Shown here: positions 8,603 to 16,226 of the stretch, piece by piece
Position numbering within the stretch: the stretch's first letter is position 1
Layout of the letters: each line of letters opens with the position of its first letter
Origin: Candidatus Iainarchaeum sp.
GTDB lineage: Archaea > Iainarchaeota > Iainarchaeia > Iainarchaeales > 0-14-0-20-30-16
Assembly (NCBI GenBank): GCA_028710695.1
Contig: JAQTTP010000006.1
Coordinates: 1 to 32,000, forward strand
Length of the DNA stretch: 32,000 nt
Reading direction: 5' to 3'
The notes under the pieces: model-generated
The model's input: the letters and a program-made list of their open reading frames with translations, nothing else
What the model was told of the DNA's origin: nothing
Databases searched by the model: none
Position numbers and translations under genes: made by a program

Positions 8603-9721
8603 TTAATTTGTATTATAGTCTACTAATTTGTTATCTTTTACAATTTGGAATTTGGGTTCTTTTGTAACTCCTCCAAACTCGTTAAATATTAAAGATCCCG
8701 ATTCTCCTTGATATGTTGTCAAGTTGTTTAGATATTTTTGTATTACTTCTGGATCTTCTGAGCCAGTTTCTTTAATTGCTTGTGCAATTAGCATAACTGC
8801 ATCATAAGAATTGTCAGAACTTTGATTTGCTTCCACGCCCCATTTTTTGTAAAAGTTTTCTTGGAACTTTTTGCTTGGAGTAAATGGGCTTATTACAATA
8901 GTTCCTTCTAGTGCACCTTTTGCATTATCTATTTTGTCTTGGTCAATTAAGACTACAAAGAAGGGAACATTTAGCCCAAGTTCTTTTGCTTGTTTTGCAA
9001 CAATAGACATTTGGGTGTATGCAGTTATTATTACTGCATCCGGTTTGGAATCTTTTATTTTTGCTATCTCTGTTGAAAAATCTAATTGATCTTGATTTGT
9101 TATAATAAACTCAGTTAATGTTCCACCAAATTCTGCAATGCCTTCTTTTCCTGCATTTGCTTGTTCTGTTTCCCAAATTTGTTTTGAGCCAATAATTGCA
9201 ATTTTGTTATATCCTTTATCTATCATGAACTTTGGTAAGTTCTTGGAATTTATTTTGTCATTTGGCCATAAATTGAAAGTATATTCACATTCTTTTTCTA
9301 ATTCATTTACACCCGCAGATGGAGAAATTAAAATCATTTTGTTTGCACAGGCCACAGGCGCTAAAGATCTTGCGGAAGTTGACCAGTTTGGGCCCATAAC
9401 TATATTAATACCTCTATGTTGTAAACTAGTCAATGCTTCTATTGCTTTTGTAGGATTATCTGTTCCATCATCTTCTGCAACTAGTTCAATTGTTTTTCCA
9501 TTTATTCCGCCGTTGATATTTAATTCATCTACTGCCATTTGGGCACCTTTTAAAGATTGGTCTCCTTGGAAGCTTCCAGCACCAGTAAGCATAAATATTG
9601 CCCCAATCTTTATTGTGTCTTTGTCTTGTGATAAACTAAATAACGGGGTTGTTGTGCTTACTATTGCTATCCCAATAATACAAACTAACAAAATCGTAAT
9701 TATTATTACCTTCTTATCCAT
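8603..9721 (-). CDS. LivK-type (Peripla_BP_6) solute-binding protein, membrane-anchored, with no cognate permease or ATPase nearby
   Basis: N-terminal anchor VIIITILLVCIIGIAIV, then IKIGAIFMLTGAGSFQGDQSLKGAQMAVDELNINGGINGKTIELVAEDDGTDNPTKA, the branched-chain amino-acid binding-protein pattern. SD GGTGAT lies 3 nt before the ATG. Confidence 0.8.
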   Translation of the reverse strand: MDKKVIIITILLVCIIGIAIVSTTTPLFSLSQDKDTIKIGAIFMLTGAGSFQGDQSLKGAQMAVDELNINGGINGKTIELVAEDDGTDNPTKAIEALTSLQHRGINIVMGPNWSTSARSLAPVACANKMILISPSAGVNELEKECEYTFNLWPNDKINSKNLPKFMIDKGYNKIAIIGSKQIWETEQANAGKEGIAEFGGTLTEFIITNQDQLDFSTEIAKIKDSKPDAVIITAYTQMSIVAKQAKELGLNVPFFVVLIDQDKIDNAKGALEGTIVISPFTPSKKFQENFYKKWGVEANQSSDNSYDAVMLIAQAIKETGSEDPEVIQKYLNNLTTYQGESGSLIFNEFGGVTKEPKFQIVKDNKLVDYNTN

Positions 9722-9773
9722 AGAATCACCTTGCTGGTAACTCTGGATCGAATGGGCTACTTATGTATTGTTG

Positions 9774-9790
9774 TCCCCTTGGTGGGAAAC
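9774..9790. promoter_or_regulatory. Candidate operator: TCCC-N6-GGGA palindrome containing GGTGGGAA, abutting a TATA box
   Basis: TCCCCTTGGTGGGAAAC lies directly upstream of AAATATAA (about 9791-9798), which sits about 27 nt before the trmB#2 ATG (leaderless-type spacing). Confidence 0.3.
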
Positions 9791-9821
9791 AAATATAACT
9801 GTTTTGTAACTATGTTTAGGT

Positions 9822-10586
9822 ATGGAAACAAAAATTCTTTCAGAAATTGGGCTTACGCAGGGTGAAATAAAGGTTTATCTTGGGCTATTAAGAACAGGAT
9901 CAACTTCTACTGGGCCATTAGCGAAAGAGTCTGGAGTGTCAAGATCTAAGTTATATATTATTGTAGATAAATTAGAAAAGAAAGGATTTGCAAGTCACTT
10001 TGAAAAAAATGGTGTAAAGTATTTTCAAGCAGTGGAGCCAGAAAAAATTAATGATTATTTAAGTCAAAAAGAAGAAGACTTAAAAAAGTTGGGCAGAGAC
10101 TTTAATGCTTTTTTGCCAAAATTAAATGAGTTTTATGGAAAAACAAAAGAACAGCAAAATGTTGCAATCTATCAAGGGATAAAAGGATTAAAAGTTGCGC
10201 ACGAACATGTTTATTTGAAAGTTGGAAAAGGAGAAGAATATTTGTATTTGGGGATTCCGGCATACCAACCTTCGGAGCATCATAGATATTGGCAAAAAGA
10301 TCATCTGAGAAGGGCAAAAGTAGGAATAAAAACAAGAATGCTGTTTAACAGGGATGCGGATATAAAAACTCTAAAGAATAGAATGTCTTATGGGCTAGCA
10401 GATGCAAGATATATGCCTACTGATGTTATAACTCCTGCATATTTTTTGATTTACAAAGATACAGTAATGGTTGGTATTGCATCTTCGCAGCCAATAGCAA
10501 TAGAAATTATAAGCCCAGAGATTGCGGATTCTTTTAGATCTTACTTTGAAGCTTTTTGGAAGGAGTCTAAAAAGATTAGGAAATAA
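9822..10586 (+). CDS. TrmB-family transcriptional regulator (paralog 2)
   Basis: METKILSEIGLTQGEIKVYLGLLRTGSTSTGPLAKESGVSRSKLYIIVDKLEKKGF wHTH. Same length and architecture as paralogs 1 and 3. Confidence 0.8.
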   Translation: METKILSEIGLTQGEIKVYLGLLRTGSTSTGPLAKESGVSRSKLYIIVDKLEKKGFASHFEKNGVKYFQAVEPEKINDYLSQKEEDLKKLGRDFNAFLPKLNEFYGKTKEQQNVAIYQGIKGLKVAHEHVYLKVGKGEEYLYLGIPAYQPSEHHRYWQKDHLRRAKVGIKTRMLFNRDADIKTLKNRMSYGLADARYMPTDVITPAYFLIYKDTVMVGIASSQPIAIEIISPEIADSFRSYFEAFWKESKKIRK

Positions 10587-10654
10587 TTAATCGCATTTAT
10601 CCCACCAAGAAACTATTTTCAAAAAATGAAAATATTTCTGGGCGTTACAAAAGT

Positions 10655-11395
10655 CTAAGGGCTTTTGTCCCACATGAATTGGAAGAACTTTCTATAGCCA
10701 TTTGCTAAAGATTTATTTTTCATTACAAACTGAACTGGAACTTCTTCCAAATATCCTGGTTGGGCCCCCACAAAAGTTACAACATAATCTCCAAAGACAT
10801 CTATTGCCGTGTTAGAAGAATATTCTTTTGGAAGAAATTTGTATGGCTTTCCTACCAAGCCCAAGATTTCTGGTTTCTGTTTTTTAATCTCATAATCAAA
10901 AAGATGCATAAACTTTATTCCTTGTTTTTTCCTTTTTTGCTCAAACTTAGCAATATGTATTCTTAAGCGAGGGTCTAGCCAAAAAGCCTTTGCACCAATA
11001 AAATAAACTGTTTCATTAGCTTCAAGAATATCATTTAAATAATTTTTGAATCCTTCAATGCCTTTGTATAAATAAGCTTCAGAACTTTCTTCAACTTTTG
11101 CATATTTTTTTTGGAGTTCTGGTATTATATTATTCAGGTTTGATTCTTTTTCTTGTAATAATTCCTGCAATCGCCGTGGATTTGTTGCACTGTAATGCTT
11201 GTTTCCACCAACAAAAACTTCAGAAACTAGTCCTTTTTCTATAAGTTTGTTTAATGTATCATAAGTATTTCGTCTGTGGACTCCAGACCTGTTAGAAATC
11301 TTTTCTACTGTTGTTTTTCCCATGGTTATCAGAGATTCATAGATTCTTGATTCGTTCTGACTTAGGCCGACTTGTCGTAGAATTTCTTCATACAT
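10655..11395 (-). CDS. TrmB-family transcriptional regulator (paralog 3)
   Basis: MYEEILRQVGLSQNESRIYESLITMGKTTVEKISNRSGVHRRNTYDTLNKLIEKGLV. I moved the start from the TTG at 11404 to ATG 11395 to match the paralog N-termini. TTAAATA lies about 25 nt upstream. Confidence 0.8.
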   Translation of the reverse strand: MYEEILRQVGLSQNESRIYESLITMGKTTVEKISNRSGVHRRNTYDTLNKLIEKGLVSEVFVGGNKHYSATNPRRLQELLQEKESNLNNIIPELQKKYAKVEESSEAYLYKGIEGFKNYLNDILEANETVYFIGAKAFWLDPRLRIHIAKFEQKRKKQGIKFMHLFDYEIKKQKPEILGLVGKPYKFLPKEYSSNTAIDVFGDYVVTFVGAQPGYLEEVPVQFVMKNKSLANGYRKFFQFMWDKSP

Positions 11396-11438
11396 ACCTA
11401 ACAAATATACACAAATGTATTTAATTCTTGCTTATTTT

Positions 11439-11453
11439 GGTGGTAATCACCAC
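11439..11453. promoter_or_regulatory. Candidate operator: GGTGGTAATCACCAC (perfect 5-bp arms GTGGT/ACCAC, 4-nt spacer) beside a TATA box
   Basis: Lies between TTAAATA (serving the minus-strand trmB#3) and ATAATATAA (11457-11466, plus strand), which is about 30 nt upstream of ATG 11492. Confidence 0.35.
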
Positions 11454-11491
11454 TCACATAATATAAGAAGTCATAAAATCACAAAGTAATT

Positions 11492-11650
11492 ATGAAGCAG
11501 AATAATTCAGAATTGCAAACAATCTCCTTTAGAGGAAACAGAGAAATCTGGCTTAGATTTGTGTATATCTCGAAGCTTAAGGGGGAAAAGAGAGTTTGGA
11601 ATGTTCTGAAAAAAATGATAAGTAAATACTTTGAGAGTGGTGAAATATGA
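11492..11650 (+). CDS. Candidate 52-aa protein with a ribbon-helix-helix-like pattern, translationally coupled to the symporter
   Basis: Below the 60-aa track cutoff. My translation is MKQNNSELQTISFRGNREIWLRFVYISKLKGEKRVWNVLKKMISKYFESGEI. Its stop TGA (11648-11650) overlaps the symporter ATG (11647-11649) as ATGA. A TATA-like box about 30 nt upstream suggests a leaderless start. Confidence 0.4.
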   Translation: MKQNNSELQTISFRGNREIWLRFVYISKLKGEKRVWNVLKKMISKYFESGEI

Positions 11651-13095
11651 CTTATATTAATCAAGGTTTGGGTTATGGATTAGTAATTGGATTTGGGTTA
11701 GTAATGTTTGCTATAACTTGGTTCTTTGCAAGATGGAAAGGATACAAAACAAAATTAGGATTTCTACTTGCTGGGCGAAATGTTGGCTGGATTTTGGGTG
11801 GTGCAACAATTGCTGCTTCTTGGATCTGGGCCCCAGCTTTATTTGTATCTTCACAAATGGCATATACAAAAGGGTTAGCAGGAATATTCTGGTTTACTGT
11901 GCCTAATGTTCTGGCATTAATATTATTTGCATTTTTCGCTCCCCAAATTAGGAAGAAATTTCCAGAAGGATATACACTTCCAGAGTATATAAAACATAAA
12001 TTGAAAAGTGAAAGTGTTCACAAAATTTATTTATTTCCATATTTTTTCTATCAATTAATGTCCGTGGCTGTGCAACTATTTGCTGGAAGCGCTTTGCTGT
12101 ATATGTTAACTGGAATAAATATTATTATTGGAATGATTTTAATATCTGTAATTGTTTTGGCTTACACATTAGTTTCTGGATTTGAAGCATCGGTTGTTAC
12201 AGATTTATTTCAATTGATATTGATTTATGTGCCAGGAATAATAATTGTAGTTTCTTTATTATCTAAATTTGGGTTTAGTGCAATTGTTCCGGGACTAAAT
12301 GGAATTGAAAGTACAGCGGGAATTTTTGATCCTTCTGTCGCATTTGCTTTTGGAATTGTAACAGCAATTGGACTAATTTCTGGCGCAATTTCAGACCAAC
12401 AATATTGGCAGAGATCTTTTGCAATAAAGAAAGATCAATTGAAGAAAGCATTTGTTTTTGGGGGAATATTATTTGGATTGGTTCCAATTGGATTGTCAAT
12501 ATTAGGATTCATAGCGGCAAATCCTGCAATGGGAATTAGTTTGCCCGCAGGGGTGGATGTATCTTTGATTGGTGTACAAACAGTTGCAACTCTGCTTCCA
12601 ACCTGGATTGTGGCTTTATTTGTATTATTACTTTTGGGGGGTTTATGTTCGACTTTTGATTCTGGATTGTCTGCAACAAGCTCATTGTTTACAATTGATG
12701 TTTTGAAGTCAAACGATGACAAGAAAAATTTGAAATATTCCAGGATAGCAATGGTTGGAATAACTGCGTTGGGGCTGTTGGTTGCGTTGGCTGCAAACTA
12801 TATTCCTGGATTTGGATTAAAGCACTTATGGTGGATATTTAACACAATTGCTGCATGTGTAGTTGTTCCAACTGTGCTTAGTTTGTATTGGGAAAAACTA
12901 AATGCAAAAGGAGTATTCTGGGGTGTATTGGTCTCATTTTTTGTTGGAATCCCTTTATTCATTTATGGAAATGTAATAAACAATGCTTACTGGATTGTAT
13001 TCTCATCTTTGGGGATTATAGCAATTAGCGCTTTGTTATGTGTTGTATTTTCGTTAATTAGAAAGAGTAAAATCCCGAATTATCTTTCTGGTTAA
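11647..13095 (+). CDS. Sodium:solute symporter family (SSF) transporter
   Basis: 482 aa, about 13 hydrophobic helices. The N-terminal region FLLAGRNVGWILGGATIAASWIWAPALFVSSQMAYTKGLAGIFWF is typical of SSF (PutP/PanF/SglT-like) proteins. SD GGTGA lies 5 nt upstream. Confidence 0.85.
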   Translation: MTYINQGLGYGLVIGFGLVMFAITWFFARWKGYKTKLGFLLAGRNVGWILGGATIAASWIWAPALFVSSQMAYTKGLAGIFWFTVPNVLALILFAFFAPQIRKKFPEGYTLPEYIKHKLKSESVHKIYLFPYFFYQLMSVAVQLFAGSALLYMLTGINIIIGMILISVIVLAYTLVSGFEASVVTDLFQLILIYVPGIIIVVSLLSKFGFSAIVPGLNGIESTAGIFDPSVAFAFGIVTAIGLISGAISDQQYWQRSFAIKKDQLKKAFVFGGILFGLVPIGLSILGFIAANPAMGISLPAGVDVSLIGVQTVATLLPTWIVALFVLLLLGGLCSTFDSGLSATSSLFTIDVLKSNDDKKNLKYSRIAMVGITALGLLVALAANYIPGFGLKHLWWIFNTIAACVVVPTVLSLYWEKLNAKGVFWGVLVSFFVGIPLFIYGNVINNAYWIVFSSLGIIAISALLCVVFSLIRKSKIPNYLSG

Positions 13096-13207
13096 TTTTA
13101 TGTGTAGATAGTTTACTTACTTTATACTATTGCATTATGAAGTTAACCAAAAATATTTTGTTATAATTCAGAAATATTTAACTGTATTTCCATTGTTTTG
13201 TTTTATT

Positions 13208-13930
13208 ATGAACAACCTTGTGTGTATGCCTACTGGCCCATTAATAGAAGAAATGATTGAAAAAGGAAAAATAGATTTGAAAAAAGTCTTTGGAAAATAT
13301 GATATAGATGGATTAGAAATAACTTTTGGTTATAAACATAGGATTTATGGATTCAAAATTGACAAAGAACAAGAAAAATGGCTTAAGGGTTTAAAGTATG
13401 TAAGTTTGCACGCGCCCTTTGGATTTGTTTCAAGATCTGAAAATAAAGAAGAAATAAAAAAACAAATGGATCTTTTACAAAAGATTTACAAACAAGTAAA
13501 TGCAAAAGCACTAATTCTACATCCGCATGAATGCCCATACGAATTATTAAAAAATTACAAAATGAATTATGCTCTTGAAAATATGCCTTTGAGACATTAT
13601 AGAAATAATAATAAAATAAATCAGGATATGTTAAAACAGAAATATGGGTTCTGCTTAGATACTGCCCATGCAAGTGATTTTGGAGAAAAAGAAATTGAAA
13701 AACTGTATAAAAAAATGAAAAAGAAATTAGTACAAATTCATTTGAGTGGGGTAATAAACAAAGAGCATCACCAAAGCTTGGTGGATTCACCTAAAGAATA
13801 TATTGACTCTTTAAAAGGTTTAAGGGAAACAAATGTGCCTCTTATTTTGGAAATAAACTTTACTGATTTAAGTGTAAGGGCAGTGAATAAGGAAATAAGA
13901 TTTGCAAGAAAAATGTTTAAAAAGTCATAA
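13208..13930 (+). CDS. Xylose-isomerase-like TIM-barrel protein (AP endonuclease 2 family; sugar-phosphate isomerase/epimerase or Endo IV-like)
   Basis: Ordered metal-ligand-type motifs SLHAPF, LILHPH, ALENMP, FCLDTAHA, VQIHLSG...HH, PLILEI. I moved the start to ATG 13208 because the track ORF begins at a TTG with a junk N-terminus. AAATATTTA lies about 30 nt upstream. Confidence 0.6.
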   Translation: MNNLVCMPTGPLIEEMIEKGKIDLKKVFGKYDIDGLEITFGYKHRIYGFKIDKEQEKWLKGLKYVSLHAPFGFVSRSENKEEIKKQMDLLQKIYKQVNAKALILHPHECPYELLKNYKMNYALENMPLRHYRNNNKINQDMLKQKYGFCLDTAHASDFGEKEIEKLYKKMKKKLVQIHLSGVINKEHHQSLVDSPKEYIDSLKGLRETNVPLILEINFTDLSVRAVNKEIRFARKMFKKS

Positions 13931-13962
13931 AGCTTTATATTTTTAAACTGAGTTATTAATAT

Positions 13963-14805
13963 ATGCCTAAAAAGCCGTTTAAAGAAAGATTGCATCAATG
14001 GGCAGTAAGTGAACATGCAGTGAAGAAAAGCCCACGGCTTACTAAATTTTATAGAATCCATTTTTTGAAAGAACATGCTAAGTCCGCAGTAAATATGAAA
14101 AGGCTGGTTTTACAAACATTTCCAGATGTTTTTGGAAGTAGAAGAATAGGAAAACAAGATCACAGAATATTGGGGGTTGGCCAAAAAAGAGCAGTTTTAA
14201 GGCTGGGTTCATTAGTGGATTTGCACACTGGGGAAAAGAAACATCTTGCAGTAAAATTATTAAGGGTGAAGGATAAGGATGTAGAACTCCAAAAAAATGC
14301 AGAAGAAAGGGGTTTGGATCATCATGCTCTTAACGGTGTAAGAGATCATGCTGTTCTTGATGGGCATTATTTTTTTTATCGTGCTTCAGAAGATAATTAC
14401 TGGGCAGAAATTAGAACTTTGGGATTAGTTAGGGATTTGGGCATACCTGTAATTGAACACCCAAGTGTAATACTTTTAAATCCGGAAACAAGAGAGCACA
14501 TTATGGTAGTAGAAGATCTAACTGAGGGCGGAAAAAAAGAAGTAAGGGAATTATTTGGTATTGGCCCTAGAACTATTTCTAACCCTGCAGAACTAAAGAT
14601 GGAATTTGAAAAATATTTAGCAATACTTCAAAGAGAAACAAAAATAAGTTGGAGTGGGGCGCATGCTGGCGCAAAAGATCTAAGAGAAGAAATTGAAAGA
14701 AGCTTTTTTGTAGTTATTGATCCGGAAACAAGAGTAGGAAAGCTTGTGTTTGGAGACGGGGATCAGATAGAACCAAAAACCTATGATGATAAAAGAAAAT
14801 GGTAA
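13963..14805 (+). CDS. Hypothetical protein with weak protein-kinase-like (RIO/Kdo-kinase-like) N-lobe features
   Basis: ILGVGQKRAVL (Gly-loop-like), HLAVKLLR (beta3 Lys-like), WAEIRTLGLVRDLGIPVIEHP, IMVVEDLTEGG (hinge-like). No clear HxD/HGD catalytic loop (only GAHAGAKDL, VVIDPE, GDGD). Has its own TATA-like CTTTATATTTTTA about 25 nt upstream. Confidence 0.3.
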   Translation: MPKKPFKERLHQWAVSEHAVKKSPRLTKFYRIHFLKEHAKSAVNMKRLVLQTFPDVFGSRRIGKQDHRILGVGQKRAVLRLGSLVDLHTGEKKHLAVKLLRVKDKDVELQKNAEERGLDHHALNGVRDHAVLDGHYFFYRASEDNYWAEIRTLGLVRDLGIPVIEHPSVILLNPETREHIMVVEDLTEGGKKEVRELFGIGPRTISNPAELKMEFEKYLAILQRETKISWSGAHAGAKDLREEIERSFFVVIDPETRVGKLVFGDGDQIEPKTYDDKRKW

Positions 14806-14827
14806 TTAAAAAATAAAAAAAGAGATA

Positions 14828-16132
14828 TTAGCTGAACCAGCTAAGTATCCAAGCCCACAATCTTGCCCAAAAACCTTTTTCTGCTTCTTCGGATTCTGTT
14901 GTATCATTTGTGTTATTATCCTGGGCTGATTTTTGTTCTACTATTTTGTCAGAATCATTGTTATCTTGTGTGCTAATAAGATTCGGTTCTGCGCCTGTTG
15001 TAGTTGAATCAATTTGTTCTTGATCTTGTGTATTTGTATTGTCTGTGGAGTCATCCAGATCATCTGTTGTTTGTGATGAGCCACCAATAATAACTTCTGT
15101 AGAGTCTTTAGTTAGGATTTCTGTTCCGGAACTTAATGGTACTGATAACTCAAAAGAACACATAATTTTATCATCTGGATTACATCCTTGTTCAGCACAA
15201 TTGAAATATTTTTCACTTCCATTTTCTATAGGAACTAAATTTTTATACCATTTATAAATTCCAGTTGACTCTTCAATTGCTCCGGCGTCATATTTAACAT
15301 CACAAGTAAACTTTGTATCTTTATTTGCAACACTTGGAGTAATGTTTATTTCATTGATTTTTGGAATTAGCATATCAATATCTAAATCTGTGCAATCTGA
15401 TTCTAAATTATTTACTAAAGTTGTTGTAAATCCAACCTCTGCACAGAATTCTACGTTTTTTCCATTTGAATTCAAAAGTGATTTATTAATAAGATCTTTA
15501 ACATTTAGTGTTTCTGAAAAAATGTAATCTTCTGAAGCATTAATTGAGAAATTCTTTGTTAAAGTATTTAATTCTCCACCAGGCCAATAATTAATTTTTA
15601 TTGTTCCGGGGTAGCTTATTTCAGAATAATTTGTTAAAACAAGTTTTAAATTGATTTTTTTGCTTGTGTAATCTACACTCGAATTATTTAATGTATTTGT
15701 AATTTGTATTGGCATTTCAACATAAACTGATTTTGATAATTTACTTGGGCTTGATGTGTTGTTAAATAGTTCAACTATAAAACTGTTTATTCCTGTGCCA
15801 ATTCCATTTTTTAAAGTATAAGTTTCATAAATTGTTTTTTCTGATTTTGCATTTAAAAAGCCAGGAGATGTATCTGTTTTTTTAGGATCAAATCCCTCAA
15901 TGCTCATATAAATGTCTGGAATTGTAACTGCATAATCTGCATTGTTTTTTACTGTAAATTGAACAGTTAAAGCTTCATTCCAAGAAATTCCTGCTGCATC
16001 AGATTTTAATGTGTCGTGGCCCCAAATTTGTAAGCCTGAAATGCTTGTTTCAGTATAACCCAAAGGGTAATCTGAGAATGCAATGGATGTTAGCAAAGTA
16101 AGCAATATTAGAGTAAGTAAAAATTTCTTCAT
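14828..16132 (-). CDS. Secreted/surface protein with beta-rich (CARDB/Ig-like?) repeats, an acidic low-complexity stalk and a Trp-rich C-terminal tail
   Basis: Signal peptide MKKFLLTLILLTLLTSIAFS. Beta-strand-like segments (VQFTVKNNADYAVT, LKLVLTNYSEISYPGTIKINY). Cys pairs. A D/T/N/Q/E-rich stalk of about 80 aa. The protein ends GFWARLWAWILSWFS. Confidence 0.6.
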   Translation of the reverse strand: MKKFLLTLILLTLLTSIAFSDYPLGYTETSISGLQIWGHDTLKSDAAGISWNEALTVQFTVKNNADYAVTIPDIYMSIEGFDPKKTDTSPGFLNAKSEKTIYETYTLKNGIGTGINSFIVELFNNTSSPSKLSKSVYVEMPIQITNTLNNSSVDYTSKKINLKLVLTNYSEISYPGTIKINYWPGGELNTLTKNFSINASEDYIFSETLNVKDLINKSLLNSNGKNVEFCAEVGFTTTLVNNLESDCTDLDIDMLIPKINEINITPSVANKDTKFTCDVKYDAGAIEESTGIYKWYKNLVPIENGSEKYFNCAEQGCNPDDKIMCSFELSVPLSSGTEILTKDSTEVIIGGSSQTTDDLDDSTDNTNTQDQEQIDSTTTGAEPNLISTQDNNDSDKIVEQKSAQDNNTNDTTESEEAEKGFWARLWAWILSWFS

Positions 16133-16226
16133 TATATATCACCAAAAAATAAAGGGCAATTACCTTTAAATTAGTTACTACATAAATCGCCTATACTTAT
16201 AATTATATATCTACTATGAATTAAAT

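Noticed and set aside
9138-9740. 200-aa plus-strand ORF
   Set aside because: It is antisense to the LivK-type binding protein, whose family motifs are clear. The plus-strand product is a hydrophobic, low-information sequence typical of the reverse frame of AT-rich genes.
11479-11664. 61-aa minus-strand ORF in the trmB#3/symporter intergenic region
   Set aside because: It runs antisense across the symporter start and SD and has no start signals. The plus-strand 52-aa ORF with the ATGA coupling is the more economical reading, though neither is proven.
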